A stretch of DNA of 64,000 bases from the human T2T-CHM13v2.0 reference genome, Homo sapiens. Of the stretch, positions 47,175 through 64,000 are shown piece by piece; position 1 is the stretch's first letter, and every line of letters begins with the position of its first letter. The position numbers were made by a program, and so were the translations under genes. The notes below the pieces were generated by a model. The model had not been told where the DNA came from, searched no databases, and saw only the letters and a list, made by a program, of their open reading frames with translations. The stretch is from assembly GCF_009914755.1 (NCBI RefSeq), contig NC_060944.1. The stretch is one strand, 5' to 3'.

Positions 47175-47939
47175 AATCATCATAGTTATTGTACCTCCAC
47201 TGCTCTGGTTCGTTGGTGCTAAGTCACATGCTCCTTGTTGGGTTACAGGCTCAAGGGAACTTCCTGATGGAGCGAACTTCCAGAAGGGGTGGTTCCCAAA
47301 TGGAAACTCAGGTTACTTGGCATGGAAGAGAGTGCCGTAGATTCAGGGTGGCCCCAAATCAGCAAACATCCATTATATTCACGTTATAAAATGAAAGAAC
47401 ATTCAGAAAACAGCATAAAGTAGCATGATACCATTGGTAGGCACTGTGGGATTTCCCATCAGCCATCCTCAAAACTTATTTTTGGCAAATGAAAGTGTTG
47501 GACTAGGGTAACTCTTCCCTGCCAACATTCAACATGTGTGACTATCCCCAGAAAGTAACTACGTAGGAACAAGAACATGAGATGCTCCCAGCTGGAGCCC
47601 CAAGGGCCATTTCCAAAGCTACCAACAGAGCGTCCTCTGTGTTTCAGTAAGGGTAACTTCCTGCAAAATACAACAAAGATGTTCATGTGAAATAAAGGGG
47701 GTGATTTATGTATGAAAAGGTGGGGTGTGAGCCTTGTGAATACCATGGGAAGATGAGGTCCTTCCACTCAGGGAATAGGAGCCCCGTGGTTTGGCCCCAG
47801 ATGGTAAACAGGAGTGCTGTTTAGTTGAAGAACAGCATGTCCCATTCTGTTCTTTTGGGGAGATTTAAAGCAAGACCGTTTGCAATTGGATCTAATTGAT
47901 AAGTGTCTTAGTTTGGAATCCCCTGTTGGCACACCTCAT

Positions 47940-48720
47940 ATCTTAGTTTAGATTCTCTAGATACAGACCCTGAGACAAAGACTCAAGGACACATCACTTC
48001 TTTGGAAGGCAAAAGAAATACGAGTAGAGAAGAAAAGAGACCCAGGGAAAGGAGGACAACCAATATTAAGCAAGTTATCAAGACAGTTACTGCCCTAGGC
48101 AAGTGAAGCTTAATTCCACCTGTGTAGAACACATGTCTCAGAGTTATCTTACCTGAAGGATCAGCAACTCCATCTTGGAAGCTAATCCGCCATGTTGGCT
48201 TCTGATTAACCCCTGTTCCAAGAAGGCCTCTAAGATTTCTAGTTTATCTATTATTCCTTGTGTAAGAGCAGGTTCTGACTCTATATCCTGTCCTTAGGTC
48301 AAACAACCTTGATGTTATCTTACTTCAACTGTTCTACACATCCCTTCTGAACCACCCCTCTCCTATGGTATAGAAGCCCTGGGTCTGGGAGATAATGGAG
48401 TGGGGATCCACCATCTTGTCTGGCCACCGCAGGAGACACAGACGTGGCATCTGTTTCTAAGTTTCTATTAAAAGTTTCTTTCTAAGGAACTGAGTATGTC
48501 AGCATCATCTCTTCAGCCTCTCAGCTTCCTTGGACTTTGGGGTAAGTTTGCATAGACCTGCCCACTGCAAAACAATCAGGAAGCTGGGGTATTTATACAC
48601 CACCTCTATCCATTCCTTGGTTGAAGGCAGCTGGAAAGAAGAGAAGGAATATTCATTCTCCAACCTCCTTTAGGCTGCTTGACTCTGACAACCAGAAGAA
48701 AAAACCCAAAAAACTCATAG
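47940..48720 (-). mobile_element. LTR16-like ERVL LTR split by a younger LTR
   Basis: cagaccctgagacaaagactcaag...tgtagaacacatgtctcagagttatc | ggaagctggggtatttatacacc. Confidence 0.65.
48165..48574 (+). mobile_element. ERVL solo LTR (LTR47-like)
   Basis: caactccatcttgga...gtttgcatagacctgcccactgcaaaaca; flanked by ATCAG at 48160-48164 and 48575-48579. Confidence 0.6.
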
Positions 48721-48759
48721 AAAAAGATGCACATACTACCAGTTAGAAGTTGGGCAGTT

Positions 48760-49400
<641 letters not shown>

Positions 49401-50039
49401 GCCAGGAAACTTAGGAGAAGGAGGGGAAAGGAAGAAAGGAACAAAACTAACATTTATAAAGTGCAGGGTAGTTGCCAGCCATTAGCACAGTTACTTTCGT
49501 TTTCTGATTCCCATTGTACAGTTGAGAAAAACGAGCTCAGAGAGGGAAAGTGACTTGCTCTTGACTATGTGACAGTTAAGTGCTGGAATTCCAGCTCAGA
49601 TTGAGTCTACAAAGACAGTGTTCTCTATCTCCCTCTTCCTTTTCTCCTTGTCCTCCTCTTCTCTGCTTTTCTCTCCCTCTCCCTCCTCCCCACCACCTTG
49701 TTTATTTTTTTTCCAAATAATATTTAGAGTTACCAAGACAGAAGTCAAGAGGAAAGCTTTCTGGTGTCCTTAAAGATGTGCTTTATGAAAGATAGTTTTT
49801 ATTTGCTCTTTTATTCATTTGACACATTTATTAAGCACCTATGATACGCAATATATAGAAAACAAGACAGACACAATCCTTGCCCCTTAGGCTTTATACT
49901 CTAGCAGGAAAAGGAGGCATTAAACAGCTAAATACACATGGCGAGGAGGGGGTAAGGGAAGCCTAGATGGGGAAGTGGGGGAGTGAGATGGGAACAGGAA
50001 GGCAGCCATAAAAAGCAATTAGTTGATTACGTTGTGATA

Positions 50040-50248
50040 CAGGTTTCTCAACCTCCGCATTAGTGAAATTTTGACTGGATCATTCCTGTAGGCTGTTCTG
50101 GGCATTGTAGGATATTTAGCAGCGTCTCTGGCCTCTACCCACTAGATGCCAGTAGCATTCTTACCCTGGTTTTGACAACCAAAAATGTTTCCAGACATTG
50201 TCAAATGGCCCCTGGGGGGCAAAATCACTCCCAGTTGAGAACCACTGT
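50040..50248 (+). mobile_element. MER20
   Basis: gtttctcaacc...ggcctctacccactagatgccagtagc...gttgagaaccactg. Confidence 0.88.
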
Positions 50249-50514
50249 GGTAAATAAGAAAGGCAGATACGAAAACATGTAACAAGGAAACAGAATCTAG
50301 GCATACCCACAAGGAAGTGCCTTTAGGACGAGATCCATGTGACAATAGGCATTAGCCAGGCAGAAAGCAGGAATGGCATCCTAAGTAGAGTAGACAGCAT
50401 GTGCAAAGGCCCTGTAGCCAGACCTGAAAGGATACTGGAGAACAGAGAGTGGCCTGGTGAAATGGGCAGGGCTCAGTTCACACAGGGCCTTAGAGTCTGA
50501 GTTATAAATTTTAG

Positions 50515-50828
<314 letters not shown>

Positions 50829-50834
50829 ACTTTT

Positions 50835-52621
<1,787 letters not shown>

Positions 52622-52782
52622 TTATTTTTTGAAAGTAAAAAGTTATTATAATGAAGACTCTACAGTAGGTCTATCAGTTGCACATTTGGGGGGAAATCAA
52701 GCTGGGTTCTGGTTCAAGGAAAAAATTAAGAAAGGTAAGAAGAAAAGAAAATAAATTTTAAAATCTAAAAAGAAAAAGAAAA

Positions 52783-53105
<323 letters not shown>

Positions 53106-53668
53106 TCAAGCTTGGTAAGAACTATGAGGTAAATCTTGACTCCCGGGGGGACTCGGGTAACAGGAAGCTAGATGGTGGTCATGCTCACCATTTGAACCAC
53201 ATGTACCTATGAGCAAACGAAAGAAAGATAAGGCAATGCAGACATTTGGTGCTGGTTGACAGGAATGACTGTTTTCCAGCACATACAAAAAAGATTGTTC
53301 CAAACAGGTAAATGCAAAAGCACTCTGGGGAAACAGTGCTGGGTTCCACACTTATCTTCGTGAGCTCAGCTCATGGATAGACCAACCTGCAGGAGGAGGA
53401 GAAACCTCAACTGAGCAGAAAATAATCCTCAGACTCTTGGCCATCTTCAGAGTAGACATGTGTTTAATCTTGACTCCATTTCAGGAGCTTTGCAGATTTT
53501 CTATAAATGTATCATGAAAATTCAATCTCAAAAACAGGAGGTTGACATAACAGTGAAAATTCAGTAGATCTTCAAAGCTACATCTGGCCCATCCAAACCC
53601 CAGATCAAACTTGGATTTCATCTTTTTAAATGAAACTCTTTGGTGTCAATATCAATAAAGACTGTCTA

Positions 53669-54070
<402 letters not shown>

Positions 54071-54384
54071 TCACAATGTTAATTCCAGAAAAAAACAATG
54101 AAAAAAAATAGCAAATGACAGAGGCATAGACCAATGTCTGTATGTTTATATGAGTCCTGATAAATCCGATATAAGTGGTGTTTTTAAGTACAACCATAAA
54201 TAGTACGGCTAGCACGTGTCCCTCTGGCTCTGCAAGTAGCAGCTGTGAGGCCAGAGGAAGTCCCTTCATCTCTCTGAGTACCAGCGCTCTCATTTCTGAA
54301 ATGCAGATGGTAATAGGACCTGTCCCTCAGGGCAGCCGTGAAAATTAAATAAGATGATGTGTGTAAAATGCTCAATAAGGTGAT

Positions 54385-54895
54385 ATCTTAGTTTTCTATT
54401 GCTGCTGTAAGAAATTACCATAAATTTAGTGACCGAAAGCAACACAAATTTATTATCTTATAGTTCTGGAGTCCAGAAGTCCAAAAATGGGTCTTGTGGA
54501 GCTAAACTCAAGGTGTTGGCAGAGCTGCCTTGCTTCTGTGGAAGAATCTGTTTCCCTGCCATTTCCAGCTTCTAAAGGCCGCTCGCATTCCTTGACTCGT
54601 GGTTGGTCCATCCTTCATCTTTAAAGCCAGTGGCATAGCAACTTCCAGTCTCTCTCTGACCCTGCTGCCTTCCTCACATGGCCTTCTCTGACTTTGACCC
54701 TCTTGCTTCCCTTTTATAAGGACCCCTGTGATTATACTGGGCCCACTGTGCTAACCTAGGGTAACCCCCCACCACCCATCTCAAGATCCATATTTTAATC
54801 ACACCTCTAAAGCCCCTTTTGCCATATAAAGTAACATTCACAGGTTCAAGGGATTAGGGCACAGACATCTTTGGGGGAGACCATTATTCAGTCTA
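54385..54895 (-). mobile_element. MLT1C/D MaLR LTR
   Basis: ttagttttctattgctgctgtaagaaattacc...tttattatcttatagttctggagtccagaagtcc...ttataaggacccctgtgattatactgggccc. Confidence 0.85.
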
Positions 54896-55164
54896 GGTAG
54901 CTCTTATATCTTGCTGGTTGTAAAGACGCTATGGCCATGTAGAATAATAATGATGACATAAAAGTAAAGAAAAAAGAGATGCTCTCAAACTGCTGGATTG
55001 AAAGCTTGCATGAGAATAAAATACTGGAAGAATACACAACTAAATGCTGATTGTGATTAGAGTTAAATCCGTGTAACCAGGGGTGTTTGTTTTTTTTCCA
55101 ATTTTTCATGATGCTTTTTTATTACTTTTATAATAAAAATATTTTTAACTAAAATATTAGTAAT

Positions 55165-55918
55165 ACAGTGGATGTTCATCCCCTCCAAATCTCATGTGGA
55201 AATGTGATCCCCAGTGTTGGAGGTGGGGCCTGGTGGGAGGTGTTTGGGTTATGGGTGCAGATCCCTCATGGATGGCTTGGGGCCCTCCCCATGGTAATGG
55301 CTGAATTCTCACTCAGTTCGTTCACTCAAGAGCTGGTTGTTTAAAAGAGCCTGGCATCTCTCTTGCTTCTTCTCTCACCATGCGACATGCCTTCTCCGGC
55401 TTCACCTCCTGCAGTGAGTAAATGCTGGCACTGTGCTTTCTGTGCAGCCTGCAGAACCATGAGCCAGCCAGGTAAACCTTTCCTTTATAAACAACTACCC
55501 AGCCTCAGGTATTCCTTTTTTTTTTTTTTTTTTTTTGAGGCAGGGCCTCACTCTGTCCCCCAGGCTGGAGCAGTGGTGCGATTGTGGCTTATGCAACCTC
55601 CACCTCCCAGGCTCAAACAATCCTCCCACCTCAGCCTCCTGAGTAGCTGGGACTTACTGGTGCATGCCACCTGTATTTTGTATTTTTAGTAGCTACTTTT
55701 TGTATTTTTAGTAGAGAAAGGGTTTCACCATGTTGGCCAGGCTGGTCTCGAACTCCTAACCTCAAGTGATCTGCCCCCTTCAGCCTCCCAAAGTGCTGGG
55801 ATTACAGGAGTGAGCTACCCCGCCCAACTAATTTTTGTATTTTTTGAAGAGATGCGGTTTCACCATGTTGCCCAGGCTAGGTTTTCCTTTATAGCAATGC
55901 AAAATGAACTAATACAAT
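55165..55918 (+). mobile_element. MSTB-like MaLR LTR with nested antisense Alu pieces (55515-55880)
   Basis: cccctccaaatctcatgtggaaatgtgatccccagtgttggaggtggggcc...tttatagcaatgcaaaatgaactaataca. Confidence 0.85.
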
Positions 55919-56027
55919 TAGTAAATATGAAAATAGAAATATCTTTATTTTATATGTATATTATATTGATGTATTTTTCTGGTTATCAATTGCCGCATGA
56001 CAAACTACCTCAAAACCTAGTGGCTTA

Positions 56028-56363
<336 letters not shown>

Positions 56364-56506
56364 TTATACCACTCACAGTTCTATGGGTTGACAGCTTAGC
56401 TGAGTGGCTCTCACATGGGGGTCTCTCATGCAGTTGGCTACTGGAGCAGGAAGTCCAGAACTGACCCAGCATCATTTCCACTATTTTCTATTGGTCAAAA
56501 CAGTCA

Positions 56507-56851
<345 letters not shown>

Positions 56852-57249
56852 TCAAGCTAATATATATCATACTGTCCCTCTCCCCACCCCTCCCCCATAT
56901 CATTCCAGGATGTCTCCCTCTTCTTTGTAAGGAATGTCACTGAGGAAGTTCATCCCAGTTGAGGTGGGCTTTTTTGTTGTTGTTGCTTGTTTAACATCCG
57001 TTCCACTTCCCATGCCAGTATCCCAAGCTTCCTGTGGAGGAGCTTCAGGTCAACCACAGTGCCTTGTCCTCTACTATTCTGTAAATGGGTATGTAACCCA
57101 GGCCAAGCCAAACAAACCCTCTCTGAAATTTCAATCTCAAACAGAATGACAAAAAAAAGTTCTGAAAGAAAGTTTGCAGTGGAAACTGTGGATGACTCTC
57201 ACCAGGCTATTATATCCCAGGAGCAGGGATGTGCCTGATTTGTCTAAGC

Positions 57250-57465
57250 CAAGGTTTCTCAATATCAGGACTGTTGATATTTGGGGAGAGTTCATTCTTT
57301 TCTGTGTGCAAGGGATGGGAAGGAGCTGTCCTGTCCATTATAGGATATATAGATGCAGCCCCAGATTCTACCCACGAGATGCCACTAGCACCTCTCCTAG
57401 TTATGATAACCAAAAATGTCTTCACACGTTGTCAAATGTCCCCTGGGGGCCAAAATCATCCCTTG
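57250..57465 (+). mobile_element. MER20
   Basis: ggtttctcaatatcaggactgttgatatttgg...caaatgtcccctgggggccaaaatc. Confidence 0.8.
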
Positions 57466-57534
57466 TGCCTCTTGCTGATGATTGGTTCAGGAGTGAACAG
57501 GCCCAAGCCAGTTTTGCCCAATAGGACACCAGGG

Positions 57535-57843
<309 letters not shown>

Positions 57844-58314
57844 GACACCAGGATAGATTTCTTGGGGACTTCTGGCAGTAACATTTCCTTACTCTCAAGA
57901 GAGAGCTATGGGGAGACACTCCCTCTCTTTCGCACTGGATGATTTAGCAAATGATCTTACCGTCATAATCACTACTGGCAGCGTGCCCCGTTTTGCAGCC
58001 ACAGGGAACCAGTTTTCAGATAAAGCCAACACATGGATAGTAATGGGAAGAAAGAGAGAGAACCCTGGATCTCAATTACATTCTTGAACCTCTGAATCAA
58101 CCAACCTTGGTGTTGCCCTTCCTACAATAAACTCCCTTACTGCTTAAGCCAGGTTGAGTTGAGTTTTCTGTTACTTGCAGCCAAAGCGTCCTGAGTGCCG
58201 CACCCTCAGAGCTGAAGAGCACACTCGTGAGTTGATGCCAGCAAGATCCCCCAGCACATCATGTGGCCAATTCTTTCTAAACTTGGTTTCAGAGCTTTCT
58301 TGCTCCATTTCTAA

Positions 58315-58706
<392 letters not shown>

Positions 58707-59659
58707 TGATATGCAATGGAAGAATTCTGTTACCTCAGTTGGCTAATTTCAGCAAAAAGCCCCAACATTCTTAGTCATCATAAAACTCGTTTGCTGAGTA
58801 TGACTGACTCACCTGGTATTTCATAAAGTGCTACTTATGAGACCCACAAGAAAGATTAAGCCTCATGTGAACAGGCTGATGGGAAATCCACACAGAAAAT
58901 ATTTTGATAAGTTCTAAAGCAGCACCGCATGCTTTAGAAGGTCATGCCAAAGGCAGTCCAATGGGGTCATCCCAGTGCATCCTAAGGACCACCAGCTCCA
59001 GCAGGAGAATTAGGTAAAAGGGCAAGGAGAACAGCACACAGGGTCACAGAGACCCTGGCTCCACCACCAGCTCGCTCTGTAACCCTGTGGGAGTGAGTTG
59101 AGGGAGTGCGTTGCTTCTCCCTCTGAGCCTCAGTTGCCTCATTTGTCAAACAAGCATTCACTTCTCAGGGCTGATGTGAACTTTAACTGAGGTGACACAT
59201 GTCTAACTGGTTCAGGGGTACGTCTCAACTTGTTGAGGTGTAACTACGAAACCACTTTATTTTTACAATAATTGCTACCAAATGGTCTCTGTTGAAATTT
59301 CCTTTTTCCCTCTGGGGAATGATCAGAATAACAGAGTAGTGGTAGTAGAGGCAGGAGCAGAGGTAGCGGCAAGCTCCCAGGTGGCCCCGCCTCTGTGCCA
59401 GGCACTTGCCTAAGCTCTTGGCATATATTACTCACCAAATCTTCACAATGAGCTTCTGAGGTAGGGACCAATAGTTATCTCCATTTTACAGAAATAGAGA
59501 AAAAAGAACTTAAATGAGTTGCCCAAAGTCACGGAGCTATTAAAGAATGGGCTTCCTCAACCAGCCTCTCAACAATTCCATAGCATGCCTGACTGACTCT
59601 TTGGTTACCAAAGCTGTCTATTTCAGGTCTTAAAACCCAAATCTCCTCCAATTAGAATG

Positions 59660-60025
59660 TCAGTCTCAACCAGTGAAGCACAACGAGACCCAGTCTCATG
59701 GTCATGATGTCGAACAAACGAAGACAGACACCAAAAAGCATGCACGGCATGATTTCATTTATGTGAAGTTCAAAAACAGGCAAAAGCAATCCAGGGTGTT
59801 AGCAGGATAGTGGTCACCCTTGGCAAAGGGTAGTGACTAGGAGGGTTACTAGGTAGCTTTCTGAGGGGCTGGGAGAGTTCTGTATCTTGATCTGGGTGCA
59901 GGTTATGTGAGCATGTTTAGTCTGGGGAAATTCACTGAGCCGTGCACTTATGATATATCTGTGTGCATGTACACACATATACTTTTCTGTATGTGTTTTA
60001 TAGTTCAATATAAATTTCCTTGGAA
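59660..60025 (+). mobile_element. L1ME-like 3' end
   Basis: gatttcatttatgtgaagttcaaaaacaggcaaaa...ttctgtatcttgatctgggtg. Confidence 0.75.
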
Positions 60026-60544
60026 AAAACTTCATTCTCAGATCTGATTCAAAGTTCTTTTAGATCCCCTGGCCCCATGTCACCCAGTTCAAGCCAGACT
60101 CATGATTCTAGTGGCTTGGAGCTGGGACAATGGGTAGGGGGAGCAGGAGAAGCAAGACGTGCTCTCTTTCCCCTTCTCCTTGACGCCCACGGTAGAATGG
60201 GCATAAGGATGGGCTGCCATTCTGCTGAAATGGCTCCACAGCGAGCCGTGAAGGAAGGTGGCTGACCCCAACTGCTGAATGACCTTTGAACTTAGGCCAA
60301 GAGACTCAGAGCACCCCTAACATCATCCTGTTGCACAGGTAAAGTGCCTAGCACAAAGCAGGTGTGTAATGGGGGGGGAGGTGCTAGATGGAGATGCAAT
60401 ATTTTTGATATCTTGAGGACTAAAAGTCGGGATGATCTGCTCTTTCAAATATGCCAGAAATTTTTGGATTCATAATCAGTTGAATAATTGATTTCTATTT
60501 GAAGCCTTTTAGTTAGACAAAAGGAAAAGTGATAAGTCTGCCAT

Positions 60545-61010
60545 CTTCATCTGAGTTCCTCCAGAAGCCAACTCTGAGACAAGGATTTAAATGCAAGTAA
60601 TTTATTCCTGAGGAGATCCTTGGAGGCAGCAGGTGAGGAGTGGGGAAGTGACCACGAAGTTTCTGATTTAGGACAGTGGTGAAAAGTTGATGCAGGTGGC
60701 TTCTAAAAGATCTTGACTTCCAAGGCAACTAGGGCTCTGGGGAAGGAATATGGCTGAACTTCAGACCCATAGGGCTACAGGAAGATAGAGACAGAAGACA
60801 AAGACCATGTACCAGTTAGCATGCTCTCAACTGCAAGTAGCAAGCCAATCCAAAGTGGCTTAAACAGTAAAAATGCTCCTGATGTCTTCAAATAATGTCT
60901 GGGAAGGGACATGAATGAGCATGTGGGCCAGTGGGGCTCAAACCCACCCATGTAAGGGCCATGCCTCCACATTGCCATACCTGAGAAGCAAGGAGCTGGG
61001 GTATTTATCT
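60545..61010 (-). mobile_element. LTR16-like LTR interrupted by a ~250-bp duplicated segment
   Basis: gagttcctccagaagccaactctgagacaaggatttaaatgcaagtaattt ... ggagctggggtatttat. Confidence 0.6.
60647..60895 (+). repeat. Local duplication copy 1 (paralog of 62854-63107)
   Basis: Shared aaaagatcttgacttccaa, ctctggggaaggaat, agagacagaagacaaagacc, cagttagcatgctctca, gatgtcttcaaataa. Confidence 0.9.
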
Positions 61011-61012
61011 CT

Positions 61013-61259
61013 TTCGCACTTTGGGAGGCTGAGCGGGCGAATCACCTGAGGTCAGGAGTTCAAGACCAGCCTGGCCAACATGGTGAACCCTGTCTCTACT
61101 AAAAATACAAAAAGTTAGCTGGGCGTAGTGGCACATGCCTGTAATCCCAGCTACTTGGGAGGCTGAGGCAGGAGAATCACTTGATCCCAGGAAACAGAGC
61201 TTGCAAAGAGCCAAGATTGTGCCACTCCAGCCTGGGCAACAGAGTGAGACTCTGTCACC

Positions 61260-61285
<26 letters not shown>
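61013..61285 (+). mobile_element. AluS (5' truncated)
   Basis: Alu starting at gcactttgggagg. Confidence 0.9.
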
Positions 61286-61290
<5 letters not shown>

Positions 61291-61430
61291 AAAAGAGAAA
61301 GAGAGAGACAGAGACCTCAGAAAGACAGAGTGAAAGGGAGGGGTTAGAATAAAGGGAGGATGAAGATCGAGATGAAGTGACAGAGAGACCTAAGAACTTG
61401 TGAAAATGTGCTTACCAAAATGTGAGCAGT

Positions 61431-62267
<837 letters not shown>

Positions 62268-62853
62268 TCAACCATGTTTCTTGAAATGGTTTGAATACAG
62301 GCAGAGTTTCCTTCTCTCCCTCCTTCCTTCTTTTTCCTTTTTTTTAAAGGAGACCAAAGTCAGAGTTGCCTCAGTGCTGACCCAACATTGAGGCTGAAAG
62401 TGGGTACAATAAGGGTAATTTAAGAAGGCAGGGATTAACAGCTGCTTTGGAAATGACAATTGGGTTAACCTCTTCTTCATTCTCACTCTCTCTCTCTCTC
62501 TCTCTGCAAGAACCATCTTGCCCTAGAGGAATGCAGGAAGGCAGTGGGGAGGGAAAATGACTCTGTTTAGGGAGGTGATAAAATGGGATGTGATGATTAA
62601 TTCTTCATATATTTATTTGACAAGCATTCAGGGAGCACCTCTTCTCGCCCAGGTCCTGGGCTAGGCCCTGGGGACATAGCAAGATGAATACTACAGGATC
62701 CACGACTGTGAGGGCTGAGAGAGACACAAGTGCAGATTGCTAAGACCAATATGAGAGGATCATTCCATACCCAAACACAGAGTTGCATGAAGGCCGAGGT
62801 TCTGCTTTCACCCCACCAGATACCAATTTCGCTCCTGAAATGAAGAAGTAAGG

Positions 62854-63107
62854 AGTGACCAGAGAGAATCTTATTTAGCAGGCAGTGATGATAAGTTAAT
62901 ACAGGTAGTTTCCAAAAGATCTTGACTTCCAAACAACTGGTGCTCTGGGGAAGGAATGTGTCTAAACATGAGACCCATAGGGCTAAAGGAAGGTAGAGAC
63001 AGAAGACAAAGACCCTGTATCAGTTAGCATGCTCTCAGCTGCAGGTAACAAAAAAACCAACCCAAAGTGGCTTAAGTAGTAAAAATGTTTATGATGTCTT
63101 CAAATAA
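62854..63107 (+). repeat. Local duplication copy 2 (probable donor)
   Basis: Same shared blocks; continues into an antisense MLT1 LTR (~63015-63760). Confidence 0.9.
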
Positions 63108-63208
63108 GTCCAGAGCTAGGCAGTCCCAGGGACAATTCGATAACTCAGTGATGTCAAGGACCTAAGTGCTTTTTATATTTTTGCTCCTCTATCTTAGCCT
63201 GGTTTTAA

Positions 63209-63550
<342 letters not shown>

Positions 63551-64000
63551 CCATATGTCTCCTTTACAAGAAGGGAAAATCTTTCCCAGAAGCTCTTGGG
63601 CAGATTTTGCAATACTGCCATTGGCCAGGATTGAGTCCCATACCCATGCCCTGATGCAAAGGAGGCTTTGAAGGGGCCTCCCAGTTTTTTCTTCTTGGCA
63701 CTGTCAGCCAAGAAGAAGGGGGAAGAGAAAGATGAATAGATAGGCAACCAACAGTGTCTGCCTCAGAAGGGAATTAACATTCACTGGGCCCTGTTTATAA
63801 CCCCAGCCATCCCCCAGATTTCCAGCTTCCTCTTTAATATCTAACATCGGAACCCCATGACCCTAACAAGACAGAACTTTCATCAGGTTCTTTCTGCAGG
63901 ATATTACTCAGAGTCTCTGGGGGATGTTCTCATGTTCCCTGGACCATGCTTGTGATTGCTTGGCAACCACAGTGAGCCCTTTCTCCCAGGGCATCTACTG

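Noticed and set aside
50139-50153. CTCF-like CCACTAGATGCCAG in MER20, and CTCCAGGGGGCCC in a MER91-like piece (~1957)
   Set aside because: Mismatches at key motif positions, and the sequences are ordinary repeat-consensus matches.

Overview
Primate (almost certainly human) intergenic DNA, very rich in interspersed repeats. It carries about 65 Alu copies or fragments, many MIR, L2 and old L1M pieces, MaLR/ERV LTRs and hAT/Tigger DNA-transposon relics. I find no credible protein-coding exon and no tRNA, rRNA or snRNA gene. The ORF track is explained by Alus, simple repeats and chance. The one gene-derived feature is a full-length processed pseudogene of COX6C (45314-46423). It has 5'UTR, a 225-nt CDS with an in-frame stop, a 3'UTR split by two Alus, AATAAA, a decayed A-tail and a 14-bp target-site duplication (TSD). 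Its translation resembles non-primate COX6C more than modern human COX6C, so it may be a fossil of the ancestral gene. From memory this could be COX6CP2 on 20q13.13 upstream of PTPN1; that assignment is unverified. Other notable items are a strong CTCF motif (26560), a perfect 3x45-bp tandem repeat (26854), a ~250-bp locally templated insertion into an LTR (60647, copied from 62854), a MER41A fragment that looks like an L1-made retrocopy, a 34-bp near-perfect palindrome (41169), a chimeric Alu and several candidate enhancer motif clusters. I cannot support a new biological system from sequence alone. Repeat family names come from recalled consensus sequences, and repeat boundaries are approximate (about +/-20 bp) unless a TSD is given.
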